This document shows, piece after piece, positions 24,001 to 34,338 of a DNA stretch of 64,000 bases; the first letter of the stretch is position 1, and every line of letters begins with the position of its first letter. Source of the stretch: Amphiscolops sp. MND2022 (taxonomy: Eukaryota). The notes below the pieces were generated by a model, which worked only from the letters and a program-made list of their open reading frames with translations, was not told the DNA's origin and did no database searches. The position numbers and the translations under genes are program-made. The stretch covers positions 92,816,001-92,880,000 of the forward strand of contig OZ076409.1 of NCBI GenBank assembly GCA_964187785.1, read 5' to 3'.

Positions 24001-26135
24001 CTCATGCTAAGTTTAAGACCAGCTTTGTGCAATTGTTGAAAAACAAGTTCAAGGTTGGTAATCAATTCTTCGGGTGAGTGTGCTGCAATTCCAATATCGT
24101 CAACGTATTGGGCACAGCGGTCCGCTTTGACCAAGGGGTCCAAATACTCACGGATTACTCCTGTAAATGCTGACAAAGAACGATTAAGACCTTGTGCTAG
24201 ACGTAAAAATGCAAAAGTTCTAGACCCAAAATTAAACGATAACAGTTGGACAGATTGCTCATCGGCCATTGGAATGCAATGGTAGGCCTGGGAACAATCA
24301 AGTTTGCAGAAGTACTTTTTCCCGGCCATGTGTTGGGCAGCGTCAGCAATTGTTGTTACGGGATGATTGTGCTCACCGTAATCGTTTTTGATCAAGTGGT
24401 TTATTCTTCTCAAGTCGACTAAAATTCTCAATTTACCATTAGGTTTACGTTGAGCAAATATCGGGGAAGAATATTTGCTGTGAGGCAAAGTAGTTATAAT
24501 CCCGTACTCTTGCATTAGGGCTAACTCCACGAGCAAATCGTCCTTCAAATTTGTCGGAGTCGGGAGACTTTGTGAATAAACAGGTTCTTCATGTTGAGGT
24601 GTTAACTTAACTTTAAAATCAGTGTTCATGCCAATATCAAAACGGTGTCTAGCAAAAATGGAGTTGTACTTTACCAGCAACTCCTCTACCTGTAACCGTT
24701 GAGACGGAGTAAGAAGCGAGTCGTCCCAGTTGAAGTTCTTCAGGAAGTTCATCCGTTGTTCATCGGATTGGGACGGGTCAAGCTTCTCGAGCTCTCGCAG
24801 TGCCAGAATCTCATCATAAATCCGTCGCTCAATTGTGTTGAGTTTGTCTGGCTCACTGCACGTCTCGGGAGTTGGGTACCACTTGGTTGACTTCATTTCA
24901 GGGTTCACGAACAGTTGGTTGATCACTGTTTCGGCTTCATCTGGATACTTGGTGATCAAGTTCAAGTGTTCCACTGGCATGGGCGTGATGTTTGCCGCCT
25001 GGTGTGGTGTCGGGATGCGAAAGTGTGCCAGAGTGGTGTTGGCTTCAAGTGTGTACGTGTGGTTGTTTGGGTTGGTGACCTGGATTGTCGTCTTGCCCTC
25101 GTCTAGGTCAACCAAAGCTGGAGAAACAAGCAAACACGTCTTTCGCATGAAACCAGGTGAGCCCTCAACTGTACCAGTTGTAAGTGAGATGTCCGCGTCA
25201 CTGTGGACCTGTATCATCACTTGATGGAGAGGAGGGATCACTGTTCTAGTGCTGGAACACAAATCAATTAAACCGGTTTTGAATCTGTTGTTCTTTTGCT
25301 GTCTAACTTGCATGGACATCATGTGATTAGGGAAGTGGACAAGGTGGTTTTTGATGTCTAAGTTGACTGAGTACTTTTCAAAAAAGGACATTCCAATTAA
25401 AATTGTTCCCATTGTTGGAAGGATTAGGAACGTTTCTTCGAATACTTTTCCAGCAACGTAAAATCTAAGTAAGACTTGCTTACGCACTGGGACTAAGTTC
25501 CCGTTTGCTATCTGAATTTTGAAATTCGGAGGGGGGAATTCTTGAAGGATGGCTTCTGGATGAGCCGTTGTTATTTTTCGCAGTTCGGCTTCAGACATTG
25601 CACTTTGTATTGCGCCTGTGTCTAAAAGTGCGCTGTTTTCGTATTTGTCAAACTGAAGAGGGACGTACAGCATTTTATCTTTCTTGTTTAAATGTAAAGT
25701 GGGACTGAGAACGTGAATTTCTGTTTTAATTGCATGTTTTTTAGTTTTCGAAACGTTAATACTATTCTGTTTTGCATGTTTTTTAATACTAAGCCGTTTG
25801 TCGATTGTTGAGTGTGAAGTCGAGTCGTCGTCTAGATGGTGGGTTTCCATCTCTTTGGCATCTTCCACCTGCCTCATGGTGTTTGGTTGCCAGTTCATCG
25901 TTTGTTCATCGTTGATTTCAGCGAGTGGAGAAAAGCGGCTGCCGTTGAGTTGACGTGCATTTCTCATCGCTTTTTCATCGTTGGAAAGTCTTCGCTGATA
26001 GACGTCGTCAGCTTTTGGTCGTTTGTCCAATGAAGACTGCCATTTCTTCATTGGACGGTCGTGTGTAGTCGGTTGAGTCGAAAGTCGTTGGTCGCGCGTT
26101 GTGTTTCTAGCGGGTGGAAATCGTGGCGGAATCAA
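21042..26135 (-). CDS. pol: Pol polyprotein of element A (protease, RT, RNase H, integrase), probably reached by -1 frameshift
   Basis: LLDTGA; SPIF..RKPNGKLRILVDLR; QYVDD; MCDAS, TDNKAL, NPAADYLSR; HNSPVQGH..CENC; EIDIVGPLP, TDKGT, VERTH; KGPY. Uninterrupted 1697-aa ORF. Confidence 0.97.
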   Translation of the reverse strand: MIPPRFPPARNTTRDQRLSTQPTTHDRPMKKWQSSLDKRPKADDVYQRRLSNDEKAMRNARQLNGSRFSPLAEINDEQTMNWQPNTMRQVEDAKEMETHHLDDDSTSHSTIDKRLSIKKHAKQNSINVSKTKKHAIKTEIHVLSPTLHLNKKDKMLYVPLQFDKYENSALLDTGAIQSAMSEAELRKITTAHPEAILQEFPPPNFKIQIANGNLVPVRKQVLLRFYVAGKVFEETFLILPTMGTILIGMSFFEKYSVNLDIKNHLVHFPNHMMSMQVRQQKNNRFKTGLIDLCSSTRTVIPPLHQVMIQVHSDADISLTTGTVEGSPGFMRKTCLLVSPALVDLDEGKTTIQVTNPNNHTYTLEANTTLAHFRIPTPHQAANITPMPVEHLNLITKYPDEAETVINQLFVNPEMKSTKWYPTPETCSEPDKLNTIERRIYDEILALRELEKLDPSQSDEQRMNFLKNFNWDDSLLTPSQRLQVEELLVKYNSIFARHRFDIGMNTDFKVKLTPQHEEPVYSQSLPTPTNLKDDLLVELALMQEYGIITTLPHSKYSSPIFAQRKPNGKLRILVDLRRINHLIKNDYGEHNHPVTTIADAAQHMAGKKYFCKLDCSQAYHCIPMADEQSVQLLSFNFGSRTFAFLRLAQGLNRSLSAFTGVIREYLDPLVKADRCAQYVDDIGIAAHSPEELITNLELVFQQLHKAGLKLSMSKCEFGQKQIEYLGKTISSTGIAPIEKRVTDYLTKLKPPNSVKALQRYLGFVNFYRSYIPRLADKTCCLQELIKKDVPFKLNQQHKDTIFEINESLLKATKVSLKLPLPDKQLVIMCDASEHAAGYVLLIEDYADPSVKHTYAPVAFGSKKFQGGQMSLTMYAKEFLAMHFAFDEFGHILWGAKKPIIVMTDNKALTRFFQAKHIPPSLWNFCDQTLQFNFLLAHVPGVENPAADYLSRLEIRPEDRVHLKLTDTIPIHRIEIDIASRTPKQEEDEPDYFPASEPLRCKRQKDVKEMKLATGTDVAHDDGKGMKFTNCERTAASDDFATDNHLTYRLTDVDEPIQLSQFIRKVSLSHPVMSQVSPAEGIDLIQVQKNNWVIQKMIRFLEGTEILQHPVNMQDQFFQKLYKNRKRLQVVNGVLYRQFFDHTGLESHKQLVVPEDCILKIIRTLHNSPVQGHPGLKKMLYELRKRYYSPNLACKVQKVLDGCENCMKSKTVKETQLRPPLQKIYDPCDGPEDLLEIDIVGPLPASNGFTHILTAVDVFSRYLFAVPLKRPDTHSVVRGLLSIFTKHAYVPKHILTDKGTAFTAELLSEIAKAADIHISHATIKHAQTIGMVERTHAKLKKILKISVNADRPQWDRYVDIAIMAHNTTYHDTLKCSPTEIFHGRTPYNSLDLQFRNANKPAETKCKDVNEILDKMNFIFRDNLDNIISAYHKYKTYYDRKARAQPLKVNEFVFLLDPKYDSQRSKEEFKTFHWKGPYKVIKVLSDSNYIIRKVGTHQTQCVHRMRLRLFKPEFPIDDINVSKHLYPDTERVEDTGIFDSNIPTTDEIDQTENDNLDQDLVEEEPSEETIPRVQEQHTPQVIPPEITTRIDYQQVETDHNNFRPPTVRFGTREEIILPPPRDDSRIRVPLRDEQHENQSQQTNTQNDDEERMSSRPSRSNQSRYRLRENPTPKTYPDFLIHEITSARNALRKTNKIDVTI

Positions 26136-27637
26136 AAACCCTGATTTATGTCTTCATCAGAGTAGGTTTCTTGGTCTTCTTCTTCGGTGACTGCTTGCAT
26201 AGGATTCATCGGCTTTTGTTGTCGTTTTAAGTCTTGTCTTCTAGTTCTGTTGTCATCTTGTGAATTCGTTGCGTATGGAATCTTTCCATATGCAGAACTG
26301 CTTTCTTTAGGTACACGTCGTCTGCAATCCCTTGCTGAGTGGCCTGTGTAACCGCAAATCTGGCAAACCAATTTTGGATTGTATTTCGGCTTATCTGGAT
26401 CGGCTGCTTTCTTCATTGGGATTGCATCCTCCTTCTTTATGCCGTTCGCTTCGTCTCGTTGTCGGGCGCGACATTCCGTTTTGCGGTGTCCTGTCTTTCC
26501 GCAGTAGAAACATTGTCCTTCAAACCGTTTTCGTTCTGTCGGTTGTGTGGTCGTCGTTGTTGTAGTAGGCTTCGTCGTTGTAATCGTAGGTGGTGCTGAG
26601 GAGGTGACCGCGTTGAATGGTTGGATTGCCGTAGGTGGCGCGACGTACTGCTGGTACTGGTATTTTCGCATTAGGTAGGTTTTGATTTCCTCTGGGGAGC
26701 TCTCTTCTTTGTTTGCCATGGTGAGCTCTTGTTGAATCTCGACTGGCAGTTTTCCAAACAGGAACATTTTGATTATACTGTCGGCGTCATTGCCGAAGGC
26801 TTGTTTGGCAGTCTTCTTGAGATTTTTGAGGAAATCGCCGAATGTTTCTGTTGTGGGATCATAGCGTGCTTGATCCCATTTGTAACGGGCCACTTCCTTT
26901 AGATCCTCTTTTGCAAATTCTTTTCTGAAGAGGTCGAGTACGTCCTTTAGTGTTGTCATTGGCGTTATCTGGATGGATTGCCAGTATTCTATTGCGTCAT
27001 CTCTCAAAAGGCTTTGAAAGAAGTGTAGTTTGTTCTCCTCGGTGATTTTGTTGGCAAGCGGGCTAAGGTGGTTGAGGAGAAGGTGCTCAAATTCGACGAA
27101 TTTGTCTTTTTGGCCTCTGAAATTTGGCACGTGTGTCTGCAGAAGCTTCGTGTTGGTGGTTGTGTTTTTGATCCGTTGGGGGATCGTCTCGATTGCATTG
27201 AGTAGTCGTTCCTCATTGCTTCTGGGGGTTGATTCTCCTTCGTCTGAATCGTCTTCTTGGTAACTTCTGAAGTTGGTGAAGCTGGTTGTCGGGCGGTTTG
27301 AGCGGGTTTCTGTAGCTCCTGTCACCATGTCGAGCCCCACCGTGTGGGCCGGCTTTGAAGGACCTTTCGAGGTTGACTGTCGGTTTTCGGTGTCTGTCTT
27401 ACTTATGACAGCCATCATTAAGTCCTTCAGTTGACTGAACTCATTCTGTAGTTCGTTTATCTTTCTCTCATAACTCTCTTTTATTTCAGATAACTGAGAC
27501 GAGATATCAGAAACCTCGTTGCTATCAGAGTCATTGGCAGAAGACTGTGCCATGTCTGGGTCCGTTTGAACAGGTGTTTCTAAAGAGGAACTAATAACTC
27601 TTCCGCTTCTGAGTTCGGTGCCTAGATCTGGGTTCAT
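26132..27637 (-). CDS. gag: Gag of element A (501 aa, two CCHC knuckles); ORF starts inside the 5' LTR
   Basis: CFYCGKTGHRKTEC and CQICGYTGHSARDC; capsid-like core similar to element B gag; first ~103 codons lie in the LTR. Confidence 0.95.
   Translation of the reverse strand: MNPDLGTELRSGRVISSSLETPVQTDPDMAQSSANDSDSNEVSDISSQLSEIKESYERKINELQNEFSQLKDLMMAVISKTDTENRQSTSKGPSKPAHTVGLDMVTGATETRSNRPTTSFTNFRSYQEDDSDEGESTPRSNEERLLNAIETIPQRIKNTTTNTKLLQTHVPNFRGQKDKFVEFEHLLLNHLSPLANKITEENKLHFFQSLLRDDAIEYWQSIQITPMTTLKDVLDLFRKEFAKEDLKEVARYKWDQARYDPTTETFGDFLKNLKKTAKQAFGNDADSIIKMFLFGKLPVEIQQELTMANKEESSPEEIKTYLMRKYQYQQYVAPPTAIQPFNAVTSSAPPTITTTKPTTTTTTTQPTERKRFEGQCFYCGKTGHRKTECRARQRDEANGIKKEDAIPMKKAADPDKPKYNPKLVCQICGYTGHSARDCRRRVPKESSSAYGKIPYATNSQDDNRTRRQDLKRQQKPMNPMQAVTEEEDQETYSDEDINQGF
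26135..26141 (-). promoter_or_regulatory. -1 ribosomal frameshift heptamer G GGU UUU (element A)
   Basis: CAG GGT TTT TGA ends gag; the -1 frame GGG TTT TTG ATT CCG enters pol. Confidence 0.85.
27312..27327 (-). promoter_or_regulatory. Primer-binding site of element A (TGGTGACAGGAGCTAC)
   Basis: TGG directly follows the LTR terminal CA; the identical 16-mer occurs in element B. Confidence 0.85.
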
Positions 27638-29564
27638 AGAGGTGGGAGAAAAGGAATTATGAGTGAAGACTGGATTCTGGATGATTTTTCGATGTATTTT
27701 ACTATTTTATGCTGTTATTCGAACTCAAATTCACTATTTCTGAACTTGAGATGTAAATGCGATGAGTTTTACAGTAAGACAAGGATACTAGTAAAGAATG
27801 AGAAATAGTTAACGAGGATTAGGTAGAGTTCATCCAAATTTCATCGAACAGATATCAATCAAGAAATTACTCAGAGTTGTGGAGGTAGCGTTTTTTACGA
27901 TGAATAAGAGATATGTTTTCTAGTTCAAATCTGTCGTAATTCGTCCAACTGGACAGTAGCTAATCGCAATTTCGGTCTGAGTAATCTCTAATGGCGGTCC
28001 AAAATTCAGCAGTTCACGTGTCTTTTCAGGCTGGTAAGACGCTAAATCTCTTACCAGCCGACTCTTATTGGCTGTTGCCAGTTGGTGCTAATTGGTAAGT
28101 CACGTGACCGGTGTTGTGAACTGCCGCAAGTTGGCCAAACCACATGGTACATTTACATATATTCATTATGACTAATCATCACTTTACAATGTCGCAATTG
28201 CCTGCACACAGCGCCATGGTTTCTATAGCAACTCAAATCATTCAATAATGTACTAATTTCAAGTCAAAACAGAGTAAACTGCATCACAGGATGAGAAAAC
28301 GATGTTTTTCCAACTAATTCTAGCACTAAAATCAATACTTCAAAACCAAAGATGGAAACGCGATGAATTCGTCAGAATATTTGCTGATTTTCAAGTCTAG
28401 TTTAGCTCTGGATGAAAATGCGATGAATGGTGGTCTTTTAGCTCGAAAATCAACACGATATGAACTGACGATGATAAAAGGATGAACTCGTCTTCAAAAT
28501 GAATGATTTCCAGCACAATTTAAATCAACGATGGTAAAAGGATGAACTCTCCTCGAAAATACCTAATTTCCAGCACTAGTGAAATTGGCGATGAATTCAG
28601 GATGAATTCAGCCAATAAAACAGGTGAAACAGCTAATTCTGCAGTAAAGACAAATATACGATGACTTTAGGATGAAGACATTCAGTAAAACAGCAAAATC
28701 TAATGAATCGAATTCCAACGATGAGTTTAGGATGAACTCAACTGAAAACTCGACTAATTCTAGCGCAAGTTGAACTAGCGATGAATTTATGATGAATTAG
28801 TGATGAGTTAATCTAATAAAACAGATATCCAGCACTTCACTCTTTTTAGGATGAATTAAGGATGTACTTTCTCATTCCTTGTAGTTACTAGTCAGGACGA
28901 TGAAATATAGATGCGTTATGCTCTTTTTAAGAAATGAGAAGCACATTGAAGGTTAATAATCACAAAACGACGATGAGTATAGGATGGTTTTCATGCATTT
29001 TAAAGTCCCGTGAGATCCGCTGATGGATCACTAGATGAAATCAAATAAATGTCCCAAATTTTGTTCACCCGCAATCTTGGCGATGTGATTGCGATGAACC
29101 TTGATAATATAGCACTGTGATTTCACTAATAGATCAAGTTGTAGGATCACTAAGTCCGCTGATGGATTAGTGATGAACTTTTCTGAAAATCGTCACGACT
29201 ACAAGTCCTGAGGCGAGGGAGCTAGTAGAAGTTACATATTCCATTATTTCTACATCTTTCGGTCCAGTCTGACCGGAAAACTTCTCTCCCTTGTCGTGAC
29301 AAACCAATATTGAATAAGATAGCACGTTAAAAGCCATTTGGCAAGATCATTTGTGCGGACACCGGAACTAGAGCGCTCAGTATTAAATAAATATATATAG
29401 CTCAAACTCAGGGGGGGTAGGGATTAAGGTACAAGTAACGTAGGGTTGCTCACAACCATGGCTCTTATTATATGACATCATATTGCCCATATCTAAGTAC
29501 ATAAGACATAATATTTACATTACAAATATTTAGTAGATTATATTTCCATCATGCTGGCATGACA
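27328..29564 (-). repeat. 5' LTR of element A
   Basis: Direct repeat of 10258-12494; adjacent to the PBS. Confidence 0.98.
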
Positions 29565-29569
29565 CTTAC

Positions 29570-29717
29570 TGATAAATATTCAATTGGAGTGAGGAACTTA
29601 ATGTTGGTTGTGTATACGATTCAAATCCTGTGCAGCTTTTGACTGGGTCGATGACGGTGTATTTTGGGCGCTTTTGACTGGTGCGCTTTTGATTGGGGCG
29701 CTTTTGTCTCGTAACCC
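29570..29717. mobile_element. Right part of the TIR element interrupted by Gypsy A
   Basis: GGGCGCTTTTGACTGGTGCGCTTTTGATTGGGGCGCTTTTGTCTCGTAACCC, inverse of the repeats at 9463-9550. Confidence 0.6.
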
Positions 29718-29997
29718 TCGACTGATGAGTGATTAAATGATTGCACTTCAGACGTGACCTCGACAACAGCCGAGTGGAGAGACGGAGACATTCCGGACAG
29801 CTGGTACCTCGTGGAGACACTTCTGGATATTGCCTTCTTCATCCAGACCCCGATCGGATTTCTGGCCAATATTCTGGCCGTAGTGGTGGCCGCAGAACTG
29901 GCTCGAGTGGGAGACCTCACTTACTCTGCGGCCACCCATTTACAGGGATGAGCAACCATTTATTGCGACATTGAACGATACTTCAAGAACTTGATAT

Positions 29998-30423
29998 AAC
30001 AAGCCGGGACCGGCCCAAGACGGCACCTTATCTAAGGCTCAAAAATATGTATTTTCTTCTACAGCGCCCGAAATGTTTTTAAAGTCTCAAAAAAGTCTCA
30101 AAAATCATATGGGATTTTTTAACATCCATTCTGTCGCAAAACTCCAAACAAATTGAAGGGCGGACCCTAGGGATTTTTTCCGAAAAAAGTCGCCATGCTA
30201 AAAAAAATGAAAGGGGGACCCTTTAGTCTTTTTGCTATTGAAGGTTTCGCGGAAACCTTTTTGGTTCAGTTCCTTGGGCCAACAGGTACAATTTGGCGTC
30301 TTCTTAAAATTTTGTAGAACGTTTGGTAGAACTATTTTGGTCACTTCAAGTGTATCGAAAAAAAACTCTGACGAAAAGCAATGACCATAGTCGGCTCTTT
30401 TCAAAAAAAGCGCCGACTAAAAA
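29998..30423. mobile_element. Interspersed HINE-like repeat, copy 2 (shorter)
   Basis: Same termini as 7236-7913 and shared internal blocks (CAACATCCATTCTGTCGCAAAAC, TTTTGTAGAAC). Confidence 0.65.
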
Positions 30424-30574
30424 TGATCTCATACCATTCATTTCTTGGGTGTTTTTAACCTTTTGTCTTTTGAAATCTCAAAAGAATCCCTAATCTTTCA
30501 CACAAGGAACTACATCCCGTTAAGCGATATACTTTTATAGTAACCTAAACTGTCTACACACTAGAGCAAAGATT

Positions 30575-30645
30575 TAGAGCTGAAAGGATTCGAGCCTATT
30601 TTTCCAACTCGCGACCTGACGTGCTGACCAGTGCACTACAGCTCC
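30575..30645 (-). pseudogene. tRNA-like sequence (pseudogene or SINE head)
   Basis: Minus strand: GGAGCTG...CAGCTCT acceptor-like stem, GTGC-ACTGGTCA-GCAC D-arm, B-box-like GGCTCGAATCC; anticodon arm pairs poorly. Confidence 0.5.
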
Positions 30646-31774
30646 GATTTTTGAGCAATCCGTCTAGACTTATTAATCAAATTAGCGGTTGCTATACTTC
30701 TTTCTGATGATTCCGAGCGATACTTCAATTAAAAGAGTTGATGGTAAAAAGTTTTCATTTGCAGTTACTTGTCTATAACAATATATGTCAAGATTTCCAT
30801 ACAATTTTTTTCATTGAAGCTGATGATCATGAATTCAAGAGAGGTATATAAATAGAATCACTGAAAGTTATAGCTGATTTAGTTTTGTCAGTTTTTCTAA
30901 ATGACATGACCGGAATGACTGGTATAAAAAAACGATTCACACAATCGCAAATGATGTTTCTGTACAACAAACAAACAGTTTATAGAGTAAAAACAAAAAT
31001 AGACTAACCTGGCATCGAATGCTAAATTTAGGAAGTTTGATGTATATGATTAACGAGAAATCGCAGTTATTTCAAATAACGAGGCATTAAAATGCTCATC
31101 AGCTGGGTCATGCAGGCCGTGGCATTCTGGGACTTTTGGTCGCTTTTCATGGACGGGTTCCTAGATAACATGTTCGCTTTGACGTTCTTCGACTTGGGCG
31201 CATACAATGACATGGCGTGTGGCATTTCAACATATCTCGACTGGGCCACAAGCAGAGCTGCCATTTTGGCTGTGGCAATCTCTGCATGTGACAGATGCCT
31301 TTCGGGTGAGTTGGCTTTGTGTGACGTCATAGTTTTGAGAGTGTGCTCAGTGTTCGAAGCCACGGTAGCCTTGCCAAGATCCATGGCGAGTTCCTTGCTA
31401 GCTTTGCCAAGATCTTGCCGTGATCTTGACAAGCGTTCCATGTACCATGATTTGCCATGATCTTGACAAGGGTACCGTAGTTAACAATGATTTAGCAAGA
31501 TTAACCATGATCACGGCAAGTGTTTCATGGTTTCGAACACAGGGTGATTTCGATACGTTTTAGTAACATTTTTTTAAACATTCGATGGATAATAAAGAAG
31601 AACCAGTAATTTATATTTTCAAATATGCAAAATTAAAAGCTCTATTGAATTTCGCAATTGACCTAATTCGCCAAGACATGTGGACTGTTCCCTCAACTCT
31701 GCCAACTTATTAACAGTGGAACGGATTTGAAGTTTGCGCGTTTGGAAAGACCTTCCCGTACTGACACTCAACCG

Positions 31775-32339
31775 CAAACCACCGGTGACCACCGGTGGAA
31801 CACTACTGACCACCGGTGGAAGCAATTTCGGATAATCAGTCACTATTTCCATCGGTGGAGTTTTTTCAAAAAAATGAATTGTGAATTCTGGAAAACGTTT
31901 GAAAACGTACTTTTTTATTGTTATTATTTCATTATGGAACCCGGAGGGTATTAAAAATTTCAAAAACTTACATCTGCAGCAACTAAAATTATGTTGGCCC
32001 AACGGGTCTGCAAGCAGCGATGTAGTCATGGCTACATGCAGGGCTACAGGGCTACATGGCTACATTGCTGCAGAACAAATATAGCTAAGACAAAACGAAC
32101 AAAATTTAAGAGCTGATTGCGCAGAGGTAAATACTGGACTGTCAACAATATCATTACAGGTTTGTTTTGCAATATTTTGTATACAACATAAAATGTTTCC
32201 ACCTATGGGCCAAAGGTGGACCAACGGTGGCCACTGCAAAAGCTGAAAAGCTGCGGATGCCACCTCAGTGGTCCACCGGTGGGACTTCGATGGATGATCG
32301 GTGACCACCGGTGGACTGCCATTGGTTTCCAAACCGGGT
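31775..32339. repeat. MITE-like repeat with CCACCGGTGG subterminal motifs
   Basis: Clusters of ACCACCGGTGG at 31779-31820 and 32270-32315, ending GGTTTCCAAACCGGGT; boundaries uncertain. Confidence 0.4.
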
Positions 32340-32725
32340 TTATTAAATTTTCAGTTTTCAAAAGGTGTCATTACTTTGCTCGAGCTAACACGTAATCTAA
32401 ATCGATTCTTTTTCATTTGGGTAAAAATCTTGAAATCGTCTTTTCCAAAATAACTTAGTCATACTCTGTTTTTCAGTTCTATGACGAGAAAACTACATTG
32501 CTATAGCGGTTTCATTTTCGAAGATATTGCAAATTTTTCATTGAACACTTTTTGATATTTACACCCGTTTTGAGAAATTTTATGAATCTTTGTTGCTCTA
32601 ATAGTTCATATGGCAGAAAGTTTTTCCTGTGATTTGCTCAATGTCAACACATGTAAATCGTCCGCTAGCAGCGATGCATTTTCTGCTCTGAAAAGTTTTA
32701 CAAGGAGAAGTGAAATCGTGGAAAG

Positions 32726-34338
32726 TGTAAGAACCATGACCCATGGCATCTCTTAAATCACCTACAGATCGTGAATCTTTCTTTGTTATCTTTATTTTAG
32801 GCCCAGATGCGTTTTCCGAGTTCTCCTGACTGTTAGGGGACAAACTGGCCTCAGTGTCCCTATGTCCGGTAGAGGACATTGAGTTCGCAATATTCTGAAT
32901 CTCTGGTATAACTCTTTCAGCTATAGCCGTTGTTATGGCTCTGTTTATTTGGTTATGCATCATGGACATCATGGAGTCCATTTCTTGAGACAGTCTAAGG
33001 TTGAATTCACTTGAGAAAGCTTCAAATGATTGTCTCACTTCATTTTGTCTCAACGACTCATTTTCATGTATATAATCTCTAAGTCCGTTTTCATGGTACA
33101 TGCTCGGACCAGCGTCCCCGTGGGTCGACGACTGGTCTATAGCTTCAGCTAATTCTCTCTCGATTGGGTTATTGTTTTCACTCCCTAGCATTACGTCTAG
33201 GTTATCATATTCGGACAGCATGTCCATTTCTCTAGATCTTCTAGCCTTAGCTTTCTGGCGTCTAGTAGAAGGCATAAGAGATTATTGCAAGAGTAAGATT
33301 TCAATTAGTACCTTGGGCTTGCAAATATAGGAAAATGAACGGGTAGTCTATTAAACAAAATAAACAGTTCGTGTAATAACACTGTTTCACAAAGTTATAT
33401 CTAATTGTCTCAGAACGTATCAGAATTGTATGAGAGTTTGTCAAGTTGTCTCCTCGGGGCTATTTGTCCCGGGTATATATAGTAAAGGGTACATGACATC
33501 TAACAAATTGGTGGTCATGTTCTAAAAATAGCCTTAAGGGCTTTCTAAATATAGCTACAATCTATAAATAGCAGGCAACGTCAACATTACATCATATAGA
33601 TCAAAGGTCCCTCTTGGCGGCAAATATGGCGGCGGGACCATGAGTCCGTTAGGACAAGCAACTGCTTACATGCATACTAAGCAACGTACTACATGTATGA
33701 AATACATATTACATGTATGAAATGCTTACTACATGTATAGATAGTAATTTTACATATATTCTAATCTAAATATATTGCGCAAATTACATACGAAGCAACA
33801 CCATCAAACTAAGTCTAAAATATTAAATCAGTCCTTTGAGGACCAATAGCGCCTTTTTTTAGTTATCAAAAGATTAATTATTACATAACCAGTACTGCTA
33901 GTTAGAATAGCACTCTCAATTAAAGCGCGGACTCAGTGTCCAATAGACTGGTACAGCCCGGCGCTTTATTAGCAGGCGGCATATAGCTGTCTAGTCCTTT
34001 AATCTATTATGCTAGCACGAGTAAAGGTTACATAACACTGCGCTATGATTGGATGACGAGTTAATCGGACTTGCAGACCAAGGCGACAGGCAAGAAAACA
34101 TTTGAACGCGTTTCCTTTACCTGTACGCCTTGGTGTCCAATTAACTCGTATTAATACATAGAATTACATATTATAGCTTGTACAAAATGAAATATATAGG
34201 GTTTTACATGACTTTTAAAGCAACAATAATAGTTTTCCTTGTAAGTTTTCTAATTTAATGGAAGGGTGAAGGGTTCTGCTTTCTTGTAACTGTGGCAGAT
34301 TGAGTATGTATTGCCATCACAGGCGGACGCCTGGGACA
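32726..34338 (-). repeat. 3' LTR of element B
   Basis: Direct repeat of 46745-48357, about 8 substitutions noticed by eye. Confidence 0.98.

Larger units (their letters stand above)
10258..29564 (-). mobile_element. Full-length 19.3-kb Ty3/Gypsy LTR retrotransposon A with antisense cargo gene
   Basis: Two 2237-bp TG...CA LTRs; 5-bp TSD CTTAC (10253-10257 and 29565-29569); PBS; PPT; open gag and pol in PR-RT-RH-IN order. Confidence 0.98.

Noticed and set aside
31067..31460. Overlapping 122-124-aa ORFs as a host gene
   Set aside because: No recognisable domain, and part derives from CAAGATC/CATG-rich repeat sequence.
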